A stretch of 64,000 nucleotides of DNA, from contig CDPCPM010000076.1 of NCBI GenBank assembly GCA_976551045.1, forward strand, positions 372,001 to 436,000, written 5' to 3'. Of this stretch, positions 1-12,590 are shown in pieces. The position numbers and the translations under genes are program-made. Source of the DNA: Glaucostegus cemiculus. Taxonomy: Eukaryota. Below the pieces are notes generated by a model, which was not told where the DNA came from, made no database searches, and saw nothing but the letters and a program-made list of their open reading frames with translations. The first letter of the stretch is position 1; the number at the start of each line of letters is the position of its first letter.

Positions 1-239
1 AACTATAGTGTTTAGAGTTTTTTCCAGTTGATTCAAGAACTGAATGGTTGAAGGGAAATAGCTGTTGCTGAACCTGGTGGTGTGGGACTTCAGGCTTATG
101 TACCTCCTGCCCGATGTTAGCTGTGAAAAGATGGCATGGCCCAGATGGTAGAGTTCTTTGATGATAGATTTTGCCTTCTTGAGGCAGTGCCTCCTGTAGA
201 TACCACCGATGGTGGGGAGGGATGTACTAAAGTGCACTG

Positions 240-3200
240 GGAAAATAGGTTAAAGGGTAGGGCAAAAGATCAGAATTCACAGACGTTAAAGGAGATCTTT
301 CACAAAGGGCAGCAAAGGCACATTCCAGTGAGAAGGAAAGGCTCCTACAAGAAGTATGCACTTTGGTGGATAACTGAGGAAATTAAGGGTGGTATCGAAT
401 TGAAAGAACATGTTGTGAAGGTTAGTGGTAGGCCAGAAGATTGGGAATTATTGGAAATCAGCAAAGGACAACTAAAAAAAAAAGTTAGAATATAAATGTA
501 AACTAGCAAATAATATAAAAAGAGATATTAAAAGATTGTACACATACATATAAAGGAAGGGTGAAGCTAAAGTAAATGTTGGTCCCTTATGAGAGAGCAG
601 AATTAATGTTGTGAAATGTAGGAATGGCAGAGACTCTAAAAAATGTTTTTGGTTTGTTCTTCACAATAGAAGGCACTAAAAACATCCCAAAAATGTAGTT
701 TGGTGGGGGGGGGGGGGGCACAGGGAGGGAGGAACTTAAAAAAGTAACTCTATCACTAAGGGTACTAATGCAGCTAAAGGCCAACAGGTTTCCTGGACCT
801 GATGTTGCTGTAGAGATAGCAGATGCACTGGGTTTAATCTATCAAGATTCCCTAGATTCCAGAGGGGTCCCAGAGGATTAGAAAACTATAAATGTAACAG
901 CATCATTCAAGGAGACAGAAGGCAGGAAACTAAAACCAGTTACCCTAACAGATGTAATTGGGGAACATGTTAGAACCTATCATTAAGAAAGTAAAATGCA
1001 GGATATTTGGAAAATAGTAAGGCTACTGCGCATAATATGAGTGCTTTGGGTTTGGGAGTAATATATTGGTGTGGATAGGGGAATTCCTAACCAGCAGGAA
1101 ACAGAGAGTTGGGAGAAATGGGCCATTTTTAGACTGGCAATCAATAACTACTGAAATCGGTGGCGATGGGGACAGTGAAGAAGGTTGTCAAAGGATACTG
1201 CGAGATATCGTTCAGTTATAGTTATGGGTGGAGAAATGGCAGATGGAGTTCAATCCACACAAATGTGAGGTGTTATACTCTGGGAGGTCAAATGTAAGAG
1301 GAACAAATGCAGTTAATAGCAGTTGATAGTACAGCACTGATGTACAGAGGGATCTTGGGGTGCAAGTCCATAGCTCCCTGAAAGTGGCAACACATGCAGA
1401 TAGAGTGGTAAAGAAGGTGTATGGCAAGCTTGTGTTTATTGGCCGGGGCACTGAGTATAAGAGAGTTCTGAAAGACGTACGGGTAGGTTAATTTGGGGGT
1501 TTAATGGGCGGCGTGGACTCGTTGGGTCGAAAGGGCCTGTTACCGCGCTGTAAATAAATAAACAAGCAAACAAACAAATAAATAAATAAATAAGAGTCAG
1601 GAAGTCATGTTGCAGCTGTTTAAAATCTTGGCTAGGCTGCACTTGGAGTTTGTGTGCAGTTCTGGTCGTCCCATTACAGGAAGGATGTGGAAGCTTTGGA
1701 AAGGGTGCAGGATAGGTTCACTAGGATGTTGCCTGGATTAGAGGGTATGAGCTATCAGGAGATGTTGGACAAACTTGGATTGTTTTCTCTGGAGCATTGG
1801 AGGCTGAGGGGAGTCCTGATAGAATTATGATGAGCATTGATAGGGTAGACAGTCAGAATCTTTATCCCAGGGTAGAAATAGCAAATACTAGAGGACGTAC
1901 GTTTAAGGTGAGAGGGGGAAAGTTTAAAGGAGATGTGCAGGGCAAGTTTTTTTTTACACAGAGAGTGGTGGGTGCATGGAACAGGCTGCCAGGGCTGGTG
2001 GTGGATGCAGATATGAGAGTGGCATTTAAGAGGCTTTTAGATAGGCACATGAACATGTAGGGAATGGAGGAATATGGATCATGTGCAGACAGAAAGGATT
2101 CATTTAATTTTACATCACATTTGTAGGTCAAGGGGCCTGTTCCTGAGTTGTACTGTCCTATTTTCTATGTACTTTGGTGCCAGAAAGATCAGTGCTGGGT
2201 CCTCAACTACTTACAATCTATATGAAAAATTTGGATGAAGGAATTGATTGTATTATAGCCAGGTTTATTGATGACACAAACATAGGTGGGTTAGCAAGTT
2301 GGGATGAGGACACAAAGTTTAAGGAGGGATATAGATAGGTTAAGTGGTGGTGTCATTGACAGTAAAAGTGGTTATCTGGATTTACAGAGGGATCTTGATC
2401 AGCTGGGGGAGTGGGCTGAGGAATGGCAAATGGAGTTTAATTCAGACAAGTGCAAGGTGTTGTATCTTGAGAAGACAAATCAGGGTAGGGCATTCACAGG
2501 ACCCTGGGGAGTGTTGTAGAACAGAAGGACCTTGGAGTACAAGTACATGGTTCCCTGAAAGTAGTATCGAAGTAGACAGGGTGATGAAGAAGGTATTTGG
2601 CACACTGGCCTTTATCAGTGAGGGCACTGAGTGTAGAAATTGGGATGTAACTTTGCAGTTGTACAAGATGTTGGTGAGGCTGCATTTGGAATATTGTGTT
2701 CAGTTTTGGTCACCCTGCTATAGGAAAGATGCCATTAAGCTGGAAAGAGTGCAGGAAAGATTTATAAAGGTGTTGCCAGGACTGGAGGGACTGAGTTATG
2801 GAGAGAGGTTGAGCAGGTTGGGACTTTATTCATTGGGTTGTAGGAGAATGAGGGATGATCCTATAGAGGTGTATAAAATCATGAGGGGCATAGACAGGGT
2901 GAATACCCACAGTCTTTTTACCAGGGTTGGGGAATCAAGAACTAGAGGGCACAGGTTTAAGATGAGCGGGGAGAGATTTAATAGGAACCTGAGGGGCAAC
3001 TTTTTAACCCAGAGGGTGGTCAGTACTGTATATATAGTAGGATATGTAGGAGGAAAGAGTTAGATTGTGAGACAGTTGAAGGACGGCACAACTTGGTGGG
3101 CCGAAGGGCCTGTTTTGTGCTGTATTGTTCTATGGTTCTATGGAAATGAGCTGCCAGAGGAGGTGATGGAGGCAGATACATTAACAACATTTAAAAGGTA

Positions 3201-3560
3201 CATGGATAAGAAAGGTTTAGAGGGACTTGGGCCAAACATGGGTAAATGGGACAAGCTTAGATGGGAATCTTGGTCAGCGTGGACCAGTTGGGCCAAGGGC
3301 CTGTGTCTGTGCTGTATGACTCTGTGACTCTAAATGAATGGGCAAAAAGTTGGCAGATAGAGCATAATGTGGGAAGTGTAAGATTATTTAATGAAATGGA
3401 GTACAGCTATAAAATATTGTGATACAAGGAATCAGGATGTTTTACATGAAATACAAAGGTATAGGTATATAGTAAGCAATCAGGGAAACTAATGGAACGT
3501 TGGCCTTTATTGCAAGCAGTGTGAGTATAAAAGCTGGGAAATCTTTATGCAACATAACAA
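240..3560 (+). mobile_element. Nested cluster of degenerate CR1-clade LINE fragments (RT C-terminal half and 3' ends)
   Basis: ORF 2344-3063 encodes CR1 ORF2 motifs (LYKMLVRLHLEYCVQFWSP, LERVQERF, TRGHRFK, TQRVV). ORF 1797-2060 has TRGRTFKV...TQRVVGAWNRLP. CR1 3' tails (GGCCGAAGGGCCTGT...) occur near 2130, 3100 and 3295. Many stops and frameshifts. Boundaries approximate. Confidence 0.85.
1464..1589 (+). mobile_element. 5'-truncated V-SINE (HE1-like) inserted in a CR1 fragment, with 7-bp TSD
   Basis: Matches the 3' half of the SINE at 8314-8530 and ends in (TAAA/CAAA)n. Flanked by ATAAGAG at 1457-1463 and 1590-1596. Confidence 0.8.
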
Positions 3561-4649
3561 TTGTAAGGGAATTGTTAGCTATGGGACATCCTTCAGGAAT
3601 TATATGAATAGCAGGCATTAGTACAAACAAGAGCCTGCCTTAAAAATAAGCTGGTCAAATGTAAACTAAAAGTGGTGATCAGTTTTGAAATCAAAAGACA
3701 GCTAAGTAAACTGTCTGTGCTGTCTACAATGCACAGGCTACTGCCCTCCAGCAGAAGGCTGCTCAAGAGATATGGTCTATAAACTGACATGACCATGAGT
3801 CATTCTTGTATACATTACCCAATAGTGAGACAATGGGGCTACATTAATTGGCCTACTTCAATAAGGCATCAGACGTTTTTAGCTAAATTGTGCTGTTGTG
3901 ACGGAGATCAAGGAAGGTTCCAGACCAGACTGACTACTTTAGCACTTAGCATATCAAACATGGTCAGAGACATATTTACTCTGTCATTCAGTAACTGGGA
4001 TATTTGAATACCCGAAAGTCAATCCTCATAACACTAATTTTGAATGTCTGGTGTTTCTGTTCTCAGAAACTTTTAGACCATCCATATAAATTACTTTGTC
4101 CCAATAAAGGTGTTTGAATATTCAGATATTTCTTGAATGTAGTATGTAATTCAATGGAACTATTTCTCCCTAAAAATATTGAAGTAACCTATGCACTAAC
4201 TTTTGAAATTGTATTCAGTCATCTGTTGTTACCTTTGTTCTTAAGGGTATAAAAAACTCAATGTATGTTGAGTTCAGGGAGATTCTGAGGAAGTTTCCCA
4301 GGAAAGAGCCCTTCACCAGGTCTCCTCCTGAACGTCTGCTTGTGCTGAATAAAAACCTTTTACATCTGCAGCTCCAGATTCTATGTGGCTCATTCACAGC
4401 CACAGCAACAAGGTGCTGGTGGAACTGCGTCAGGAGCAAGTCAAGTCGAGTTTGTTGACATATGCAGAAGTACATGTGTGCACAGGTGCAATGAATAACT
4501 AACTTGCAGCAGCGTCACAGGCACATAGCATCAGATAAGCAGCATTCACAAGAAAAACATAAATGAAACATTAATGATACACAATTTTTACAAGAAAGAA
4601 CACAATTAGAACAAAAAGTGTCCATTTTAGTGCAAAATGATCAAACTTT

Positions 4650-5750
4650 GATCTGCGCTGCATATAGTTTTGGTCTCTATGTTTAAGGAAGGATATACTT
4701 GCTTTGGAAGCAGTGCAGATAAGATATAGATAAGATATGACATAGATGGTTCCTTAGGTTGATTCCTAGGATTAAAGAGTCAAGAAATGATGAAGAGCAG
4801 GTTGTGCCTACCTCAGTTGGCGTTCACATGAGAGGTGATCTTATTCTGAGAGGGAATAACAGGCTGAATACCGAGAGAGAGTGATTCCCCTAGTGTGAAT
4901 ATCCAGAACTTGGGACATAGTTTCAGAATAAGACGTCATCCATTTAAGATGGAGGTGACAAGTAATTTCTTCCTTCAAAGGGTTGTGACTCTTTGGGATT
5001 CTCTACTCAGTATGTGGTGGAGGTGGAGTTATTGAGTGTTTTCAAGGTGGAGATTAACAGCCATTTCAATGTCAAGGGAGTCAAAAGGCATGGAGAGAGT
5101 GGTGCTGAGGCCAAAATTGGATCAGACTTAATTTCATTGAATGGCTGAACAGGATCAAGGGGACAATTAGCCTACTCCTGCTTCTGTTTCTCATAGATGG
5201 AGTGCAGTGAAAGTTCACCAGACTGATCCTTGAGAGTGTGTGTTTGCCATATGAGGGGCATTTGTGTAAACTCTAGAGCTTAGATGACTGAGAGGTGATA
5301 TCATCGCAACTTAGAACCAGGGGCTGTCACATCCAAAGAAAGGGCAGGCCATTTTGGACTGAGATAAGGAACAATTTCTTCACTGGAAGGGTTGTGAATC
5401 TTTGGAATTTTTTTATTTATTTACAGCGAGGTAACAGGCCCTTTCGGCCCTCCGAGTCCACGCCGCCCATTTTTAACCCCCAAATTAACCTACCCGTACG
5501 TCTTTCGGAATGTGGGAGGAAACCGGAGCACCCGGAGGAAACCCACAGGCATTTTCTACCCTGGAGGGCAATGGAAGCTCATTTACTGAGAACATTCAAA
5601 GCAGAGATCAATAGTCTTCCGGATATTAAGGGATTCAAGGGAATATAGAGATAATGCAGGAAAATGGACTCGAGGTAGGTCAGCCATGATCTTAATGAAT
5701 GACGGGGCAGGCTCAATGGGTTACCTCTACTCTAAATTATTTGTTCTTGA
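4650..5750 (+). mobile_element. Old CR1 3' fragments with a minus-strand V-SINE fragment (about 5410-5548) inserted
   Basis: CR1-like translation EIRNNFFTGRVVNLWN. Reverse complement of the SINE core GGGTTTCCTCCGGGTGCTCCGGTTTCCTCCCACA at about 5511-5545. Confidence 0.7.
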
Positions 5751-6249
5751 AACATTCCAAATGCTGTACATGAATGGTACCAAACAAAACTGGACAGCAA
5801 GCTAGAGAATGAAATACTATGACAGATGACCAAAAGCTTGGTCAGTAAACTAGACTGTAGGAGATAGAGAGGTAAACAGAGAGAGAGGTCTAAGGTGGGA
5901 ACTCTAGCGCTCTAGCTGGATACAGACTTGGCTGCCATTGTGGAGCAACTAATATCTGGAAGATCATTTAGTGCAGAATTGGAAGAGGTACAAAGTTAGG
6001 GAGGGCTGATGCCATGGAGGGGTTTAAAGACAAAAGAAGTGAAGGGGTAGGTTGAGTGGAGCCAATATAATAAAGACTGTTGGGATGTCACCACTGTTGT
6101 CAGAACTGGTGAAGTACTTTAAACTTTGGGAGAAAGTAGCATAGCTCTGACAAGCTTTGAATTCCCCTGATAATGTGAAAGAGATGGGATTGTTCATTGT
6201 GCTGTACGACCAGAGCAGCCTGAAGCAGATGATACAAGATTCTCACTTT

Positions 6250-6580
6250 AGGGTGGCAGCTAGTATAGCTGCTTCCTCACAGCTCCAGCAACCAGTCCTG
6301 GCCTTGGGTGCGGTCTGTGTGGAGTGTACATGTTTGCCCTGTGATCATGCTGGTTTCCTCAGGCAGTCTGGTCTCCTCCCCATCCAAAAGACGTGTGGGT
6401 TGGTAAGTTAATTTGCCACTGTAAATTGCCCCAAGTGTGTAGATGAGTGGCAGAATCTTTGGTTGCGGGGAGAGGGGATGTGGGGAGAATAAAATGGCTT
6501 AGGGCAGGATTAGTGTAAATGGGTGCCTGGTGGCAGCACTGATTCACTGAGTCAAGGGGCCTGTTCATCCTGTATTTCTC
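6250..6580 (+). mobile_element. Diverged V-SINE copy
   Basis: Degenerate central V-domain (GGTTTCCTCAGGCAGTCTGGTCTCCTCCCCATCCAAAAGACGTG) and a CR1-like tail AAGGGGCCTGTT. Confidence 0.6.
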
Positions 6581-6829
6581 CTTGACTCAATGAGTCGGTT
6601 TTTTGAGTTCCTCATATCTGCACTGTTATTCCATGTGACATAGCTGATCTCCGCAAAGCTCCTCATACTCACCCTTGCCCTATATTGTGTAATACCTTTC
6701 ATTAACTAAAACCTACCAATCCCAGATATTAGATTAAAAACTGATCTAACACCAGTTACTGTTCGTGAAAGAAGAGCTCCAATCTTCTATAGTCAATTAA
6801 ATCACCTGCGGCTTGTTGATAGCATGTTT

Positions 6830-7975
6830 GACCCTGGAGCAGTGATTCCAGCTTTGAAGTCTCATTCCAGAAACAAGTACAAAAACCTAGGCTGCCAACT
6901 CAATGCAGGACCAATGGAATTACTGAACTGTTAGAGGTGCCATCTTCTGAATGGCACATTCAGCCGAGACCCTGGCTGCTCTCTCAAGTGAATGGAAATC
7001 TCAGGACACTTTGAAGTAGGGATTGGGAATCACTTCCAAATGTCCTCACTTTCCTGTCCTGTTAACATCACAAAAAAGACTGTCTGCTCATTGTCACAGT
7101 GCTGTTTGCGAGAACCTGCTGTGTGCCGAGCTAGCTGCTGTGTGGCCTGTGTTACATGTTACGTACCAGCAACAAAAGAAACACACCAAGCCATGTATAA
7201 GTGGTGAAACTATTATTAATAACTACTTATGATAATACAAAAAATAAAAGAAAAAATATTAGAATGTTAGAAGTAAAAATGTTAGATCTTAAACATCAAC
7301 TCCAAAACTAAACCTGAAGTGTGTGTGGCAAATTCCCAAACTCCAAGTCCAGGAATAATTCTTAAAGTTCAGTTCAGCGAGCCATAAGGTGAAACGTGAG
7401 CAAAGGCTTCTGCAAAACCACCGTTGACTGAAGAGGAAATGTAGAGAGAAAATAGAAAGTAATTACAAAATCCAAATGTTCCATGATGGAACTCATACAA
7501 CACCTCAATCACTGATGATCTCCGCTCCTTTGTTCCAAAGTATCTGCCCCCCCAAAGGCACTCGAGACATAACCGTCCACACAAATACCTGTTTCCTTCT
7601 ACAGGTTAACTCCACTGCATTATTCCAAAATTCCATACATGGATTGTAGTGACAGACACAGTTATTGGTTTTCATCCATCGATACAGAGACCAGCGGGCA
7701 AGTGTCTCTCTCCCTCTCTCTCTCCTCTGACTGACTGCTCCAAAAATGTCATCACGTCCTTATCTCCTGTTGTTGTAATCACACCCCACACAGACACACA
7801 CACACACTACTGTACTATGTCTTAAAGGGACATTCACCAATAGTAACTTAACCCATAACATACAACAATGACTGCATAGCAACAGTACTTCATTGAGTAT
7901 TCATATTCATCACTTAATAAGCTTTGAAGCGAATGTGAAAGGTGCTACAAAAATGTATGGATGTTATTTTCTTTT
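6830..7975 (+). mobile_element. Ancient SINE relic (DeuSINE/SacSINE1-like), split by a solo LTR
   Basis: Tail TGCTGTTTGCGAGAACCTGCTGTG...TACAACAATGACT...GTACTTCATTG...GTGAAAGGTGCTA continues across the LTR. Related relics lie at about 53070-53945 (+), 56380-56800 (+), 63420-63860 (-) and 35700-35830 (-). Family name is from recall of consensus sequences. Confidence 0.55.
7157..7860 (-). mobile_element. Solo LTR (704 bp), probably Ty3/Gypsy or ERV type
   Basis: Inverted termini TGTTA...TAACA (TG...CA rule) and a perfect 4-bp target-site duplication TACA at 7153-7156 and 7861-7864. Interrupts an older SINE. No internal coding sequence. Strand is tentative. Confidence 0.8.
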
Positions 7976-8313
7976 TGTATAGCAGTATCAAGATGTCTTC
8001 CCATAGTTATACAGCATGGAAACAGGCCCTTCGGCCCAACTCGTCCATGCCAACCAAGATGTCAATGTATCAATGTACTGTCTAAATGTCTTTTAAACAT
8101 TGTAATTGTATCCACCTCTACAGGTTCCTCTGGCAGCTTGTTCCGTATACCCACCACCCTCTGTGTGAAAATCTGCCCCTCGGGTCCCTTTTAAATCTTT
8201 CGCCTCTCACTTTAAATCTATATACTCTAGTTTTAGATTCTCCTGGGAAACATACTGTAACCACTCACCTTATCTATGCCCCTCATCATGTTATATATTA
8301 TATATTTTTAAAA

Positions 8314-8530
8314 GTTAGCACAACGCTGTTACAGCACCAGCGATTGGGGTTCGATTCCTGTCGCTGACTGTAAGGAGTTTGTACGTTCTCCTGTGTCTGC
8401 GCGGGTTTCCTCTGGGTGCTCCGGTTTCCTCCCACATTCTGAAAGACATACGGGTAGGTTCATTTGGAGGTTTAAAATGGGCAGCGCGGACTCATTGGGC
8501 CAAAAGGGCCTGTTACTGCGCTGTAAATAA
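8314..8530 (+). mobile_element. V-SINE (HE1-like), near full length, with CR1-type tail
   Basis: tRNA-like head with B-box-like GGTTCGATTCC, V-domain GGGTTTCCTCTGGGTGCTCCGGTTTCCTCCCACA, tail GGGCCAAAAGGGCCTGTTACTGCGCTGTAAATAAA. Confidence 0.85.
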
Positions 8531-8605
8531 ATAAATAAACAAACAAGCAAACAAATAAATAGATAAATAAATAGATAGATAGCTAGATAGATAGATAGAT
8601 AGATA
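8524..8605. repeat. Compound microsatellite (TAAA)n/(CAAA)n/(TAGA)n grown from the SINE tail
   Basis: Direct reading of tetranucleotide runs. Confidence 0.9.
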
Positions 8606-9489
8606 GCGTCCCAGCCTAGCCAGCCTCTCCTTAGAACTTATGCCATTGGTAACAATCTCGTGAATCTTTTCTGCACCCTTTCTCTCTTAGTTACATCTTT
8701 CTACAGCTGGGGAGCTGAAATAAGCACAATACGAAAAAAGTGTGGCCTCAGCAACGACTTGTAAAGTTGCAACATGACACCCCAACCTGCTGCACTCAGT
8801 GCCCTGGCTGAGGAAGGCAAGCGTGCCAAATGCCTTCTTCACTACCCTGTCTACCTGTGTCACCACTTTCAGGAAACTATGCTCCTGTACCCCCTGGGTC
8901 TCTCTGTTCTGCAGCATTCTCCAGGGCCCTATCTTTTACTGTGTAAGTCCTGCCCTGGAAGACAACATCCATCGATTTCTTATCTTCTCAGCCACTCTTT
9001 CAGAATGTAGAGTCAGGTCCGTCTGAAATGACCTGCCCTTTATAAATCCACGCCATCTCTCTCCGATTAATTGGAAGTATTCTGTCAAGCTTTGGTTATA
9101 GATGTAATTGATAATGATGTTTTAATTATTTTAATTTCCTGACGATGTTATGCAAACTGGTTTCACTTCTTATTTATTAAACAGCTGAATGAAATGTCTG
9201 AGATCAGTCTTTTTGGCGAAGCTCTATGCCCAATCACATCACTTCCCATTCATAGGAGAGCCAACCTGGAAGGGGAATTCACTCCCTTCTTTGGCAGTAT
9301 TCCAGGTCCCCCTGAATTATAATTGAGAAAGTGGGATTCTTGTTGCGAATGAGGGCACATAGTTACAAGGTTTGGGGCCAGTCACTTCCAACTGAGGAAT
9401 TTCTTCTCACAAAGACTATAAGACATAGAACATAGATACCTACAGCACAATTCAGGCCCTTTGGCCCAAAAAAGCTGTGCTGAACATGT

Positions 9490-10245
9490 CCCCCACATAG
9501 AATCAGAATTAGGCCATTCAGCCCACCGAGTCTGCTCTGCCCTTGGATCTTGGCTGATTTATTTTTCCTTCTCAACCCAGTTCTCCTACCTTTTCCTCTT
9601 AATCTTGGATGGCCTTGCTGATCAAGAACCTATCAACCTCTGGTTTAAATATACCCAATAACTTGGCCACCACAGCCACCTGTGGCAATGAATTCCACAG
9701 ATTCACTACCCTCTGGCTAAAGAAATGCCTGCTCATCTCTGTTCTCAAGGGATGTTTTTCAATCCTGAGGCTGTGCCCTCTGGTCCTAGACTCTCCCACT
9801 ACTGGAAACATCCTCTCCACATCCACTCTACCCAGACCTTTCAATATTCAGTAGGTTTCAATGAGATCCCCCCGCCCCCCCATTCTTCTAACCTCCAGTG
9901 AGTACGGACCCAGAGCCATCAAATGCTCCTCATACTTTAACCCTTTCATACCCAGGGCCATTCTCGTGAATCTCCTCTGTACCATCTCCAGTGCCAGCAC
10001 ATCCTTCCTTAGATATGGCACCCAAAATTGCTCACAAAATTCCAAATGTAGTCTGACCAACACCTTATAAAGCCTCGGCTGTACATACTTGCTTTTATAT
10101 TCTAGTTCTCGCGAAACAAATGCTAACATTGTGTTTGCCTTCCTCACTACCTACTCAACCTGCAAGGTAACATTTCGGGAATCCTACTCTAGGAGTCCCA
10201 AGTCCCTTTGCATCTCCAACTTCTGAATTTGCTCCCCGATTACAA
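9490..10245 (-). mobile_element. CR1 LINE 3' fragment
   Basis: ORFs 9848-10147(-) (KANTMLAFVSR...LVRLHLEFCEQFW) and 9599-9844(-) (TRGHSLR...SQRVVNLWNSLP). Confidence 0.85.
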
Positions 10246-12034
10246 AGGTTGTGAATCTCTGGAATTTTCTACCCCAGAGGGTTGTAGAGGATAGATCAAT
10301 GGAGATATTTAAAGAGGAGGTAGATATTTAAAAGATCAGGGAATTGAGGGCAATGGGGAAGAGCACAGAAGAGGAGTTGAGACCTATGATCACATTGAAT
10401 GAGCTATGATCACATTCAATGGTGGGGCAGGCTTGAGGAACCAGATGAATTACTCCTGTTGCTGATTCCTTGTTTTCCTGTGTATCAATCCCAAATATTC
10501 CAGGTACTTATAGCTGGAGAATAGGTGGATTAGGGAGGTGGGGAGGGGTTCTTATTTATTTTTGTGTTGCATGTGACAATGCATAGCCTTTGAAATGTGC
10601 CTGTGTGTGCGTCAATGGGAATATTGTGCTATGTTTAGTTCAACCATTGAAGAACTCAAAACTGCAGATGCCAGAATTGTGAAATAATAACCGAATATGC
10701 TGGAAACGCTCAGCAGGTCAGGCAGCATCTGTGGCGAAAGAAAAAGAGGGTTAACATTTCAGGCCAGGTGCTGCCTGACCTGCGGAGTACTTCCACCTTC
10801 TCTGATTTGTTGCCCGCTCAACTATAACATCTCCCTCAGTGGAGTAACCTGGTTACATCCCATGTTGACTCCTCTAACGCAGACAAAATTCGACAAGGAA
10901 CAGCAGGAGAGGGCGGTGAAACATTCTGAGGCTTACATCAACTGAAATGAAAAGAATGCACACTAACTTGTTCCCAGTGCTCCAATCTTACTTTTTAAAT
11001 CATCACACTTAACTTTAAAATCTTTGGTGCATTCAACGCATCTTGAGGACCCCACATAACGATGGAGATCAGGCACGGGTAGCAATAGCCTGCTCATTCA
11101 AACCACGGTCTTTTAGTACAGTTCATGATTCATTTACTCAGCAATTCCTTCCCTTCTCCCAACAAATGGTTGTATAATTCGTGGCTATGATTTTATCTTA
11201 AGATAAAAGATTGTTGACGCAGACAGATTTATTTTAGAGCTATTTCCTGGTTGGGGCATCTGAGTGAACTTTCTGTTCTGCTTTTTCAAAACTCTCGTGA
11301 CCGAGTCCCTCTTTAAAGAGAGAGAGGCTATTTTAAAGATAGGTTAATGCCATAAGTGGGGAATTTGAAGCAAGAAAAGAGAAACTGCTGGGGGAATTCA
11401 GCAGGTCAGGCAGCAGTTGTGGAGGGAAATTATTTTTTAATTTCAAAAATAAACTTTATTCACAATAAAAATGTATATGCAACGGAATATGCAAAGCTCT
11501 TTACATTCTTGGTGTCATTTGATTGGTACTTTAGGTAGTGTTATCATTTTATTTTTACCTAGCACCATTGCCACTCACGTTAAGGAAAGTGGACAGTTGA
11601 CAACTCCAGTAGAAGTTCTGCACCTGGTCTGAGAGACAGAGCGGAGGCAGCCAGTGGAAAGAAAGTCAGGGGGACGGGTGGAGTTTGAAGTTGGGAACAA
11701 GGTTCACTTGGCAACTAATGTAACACTCGCCGAAGCGGCAACAGTGGGCGTTCCTGTTTGGGAACCTGGAGCAAGACCAGGCCCTTCAACCTGTGCCAAA
11801 CACGGTGCCAAATTAAACCAAGTCTGCACAGAATCCACGTCCATCCATTCCCTGCGTGTTCCACTCTCTAAAAAGCCTCTTGTATCCGCTTCCACCACTA
11901 CCCGCGGCAGCCGGTCCCAGGCACGCACCCAGTTCACTAACACAGGGACACCTCACCCACTGTATAAATGCCATGAAAACCCAGCTCCTTGCAGTACGCC
12001 GCCGCTCTCCGTGTAAAGAAACACTCGCCCCACA

Positions 12035-12590
12035 CCTCCGCCCTCCCTCCCCACCAACCCGTCCCCCTCTCCCCTCCCCTCCAACCCGTCCCCCCTCTCC
12101 TCCCCTCCAACCCGTCCCCCCTCTCCTCCCCTCCAACCCGTCCCCCCTCTCCCCTCCCCTCCAACCCGTCCCCCTCTCCCCTCCCCTCCAACCCGTCCCC
12201 CCTCTCCTCCCCTCCAACCAGTCCCCCTCTCCCCTCCCCTCCAACCCGTCCCCCTCTCCCCTCCAACCCGTCCCCCTCTCCCCTCCCCTCCAACCCGTCC
12301 CCCCTCCCCTCCCCTCCAAACCGTCCCCCCTCCCCTCCAACCCGTCCCCCTCTCCCCTCCAACCCGTCCCCCTCTCCCCTCCCCTCCAACCCGCCCCCTC
12401 TCCCCTCCCCTCCAACCCGTCCCCCCACCCGTCCTCCCCTCCCCTCCAACCCCCCACCCGTCCTCCCCTCCCCTCCAACCCGTCCCCCACCCGTCCTCCC
12501 CTCCCCTCCAATTCCCCCCTCCCCTCCAACCCAAGTCCTCCTCTCCCCTCCCCTCCCCTCCAAGTCCTCCCCTCCCCTCCAACCCGTCCC
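12035..12590. repeat. C-rich minisatellite, unit about CCCTCCCCTCCAACCCGTCCCCCTCT (22-28 bp, about 20 copies), immediately upstream of SOWAHD
   Basis: Repeated CTCCAACCCGTCCCC core. Plus strand almost all pyrimidine, minus strand made of G-runs. Confidence 0.95.

Larger units (their letters stand above)
8005..8960 (-). mobile_element. CR1 fragment interrupted by a V-SINE and a microsatellite
   Basis: Minus-strand CR1 3' end at about 8005-8290. ORF 8687-8917(-) has QVDRVVKKAFGTLAFLSQGTE. Confidence 0.7.

Noticed and set aside
8314-8400. tRNA-like heads with A/B-box motifs
   Set aside because: They are SINE heads running into the V-domain and do not form complete cloverleaves.
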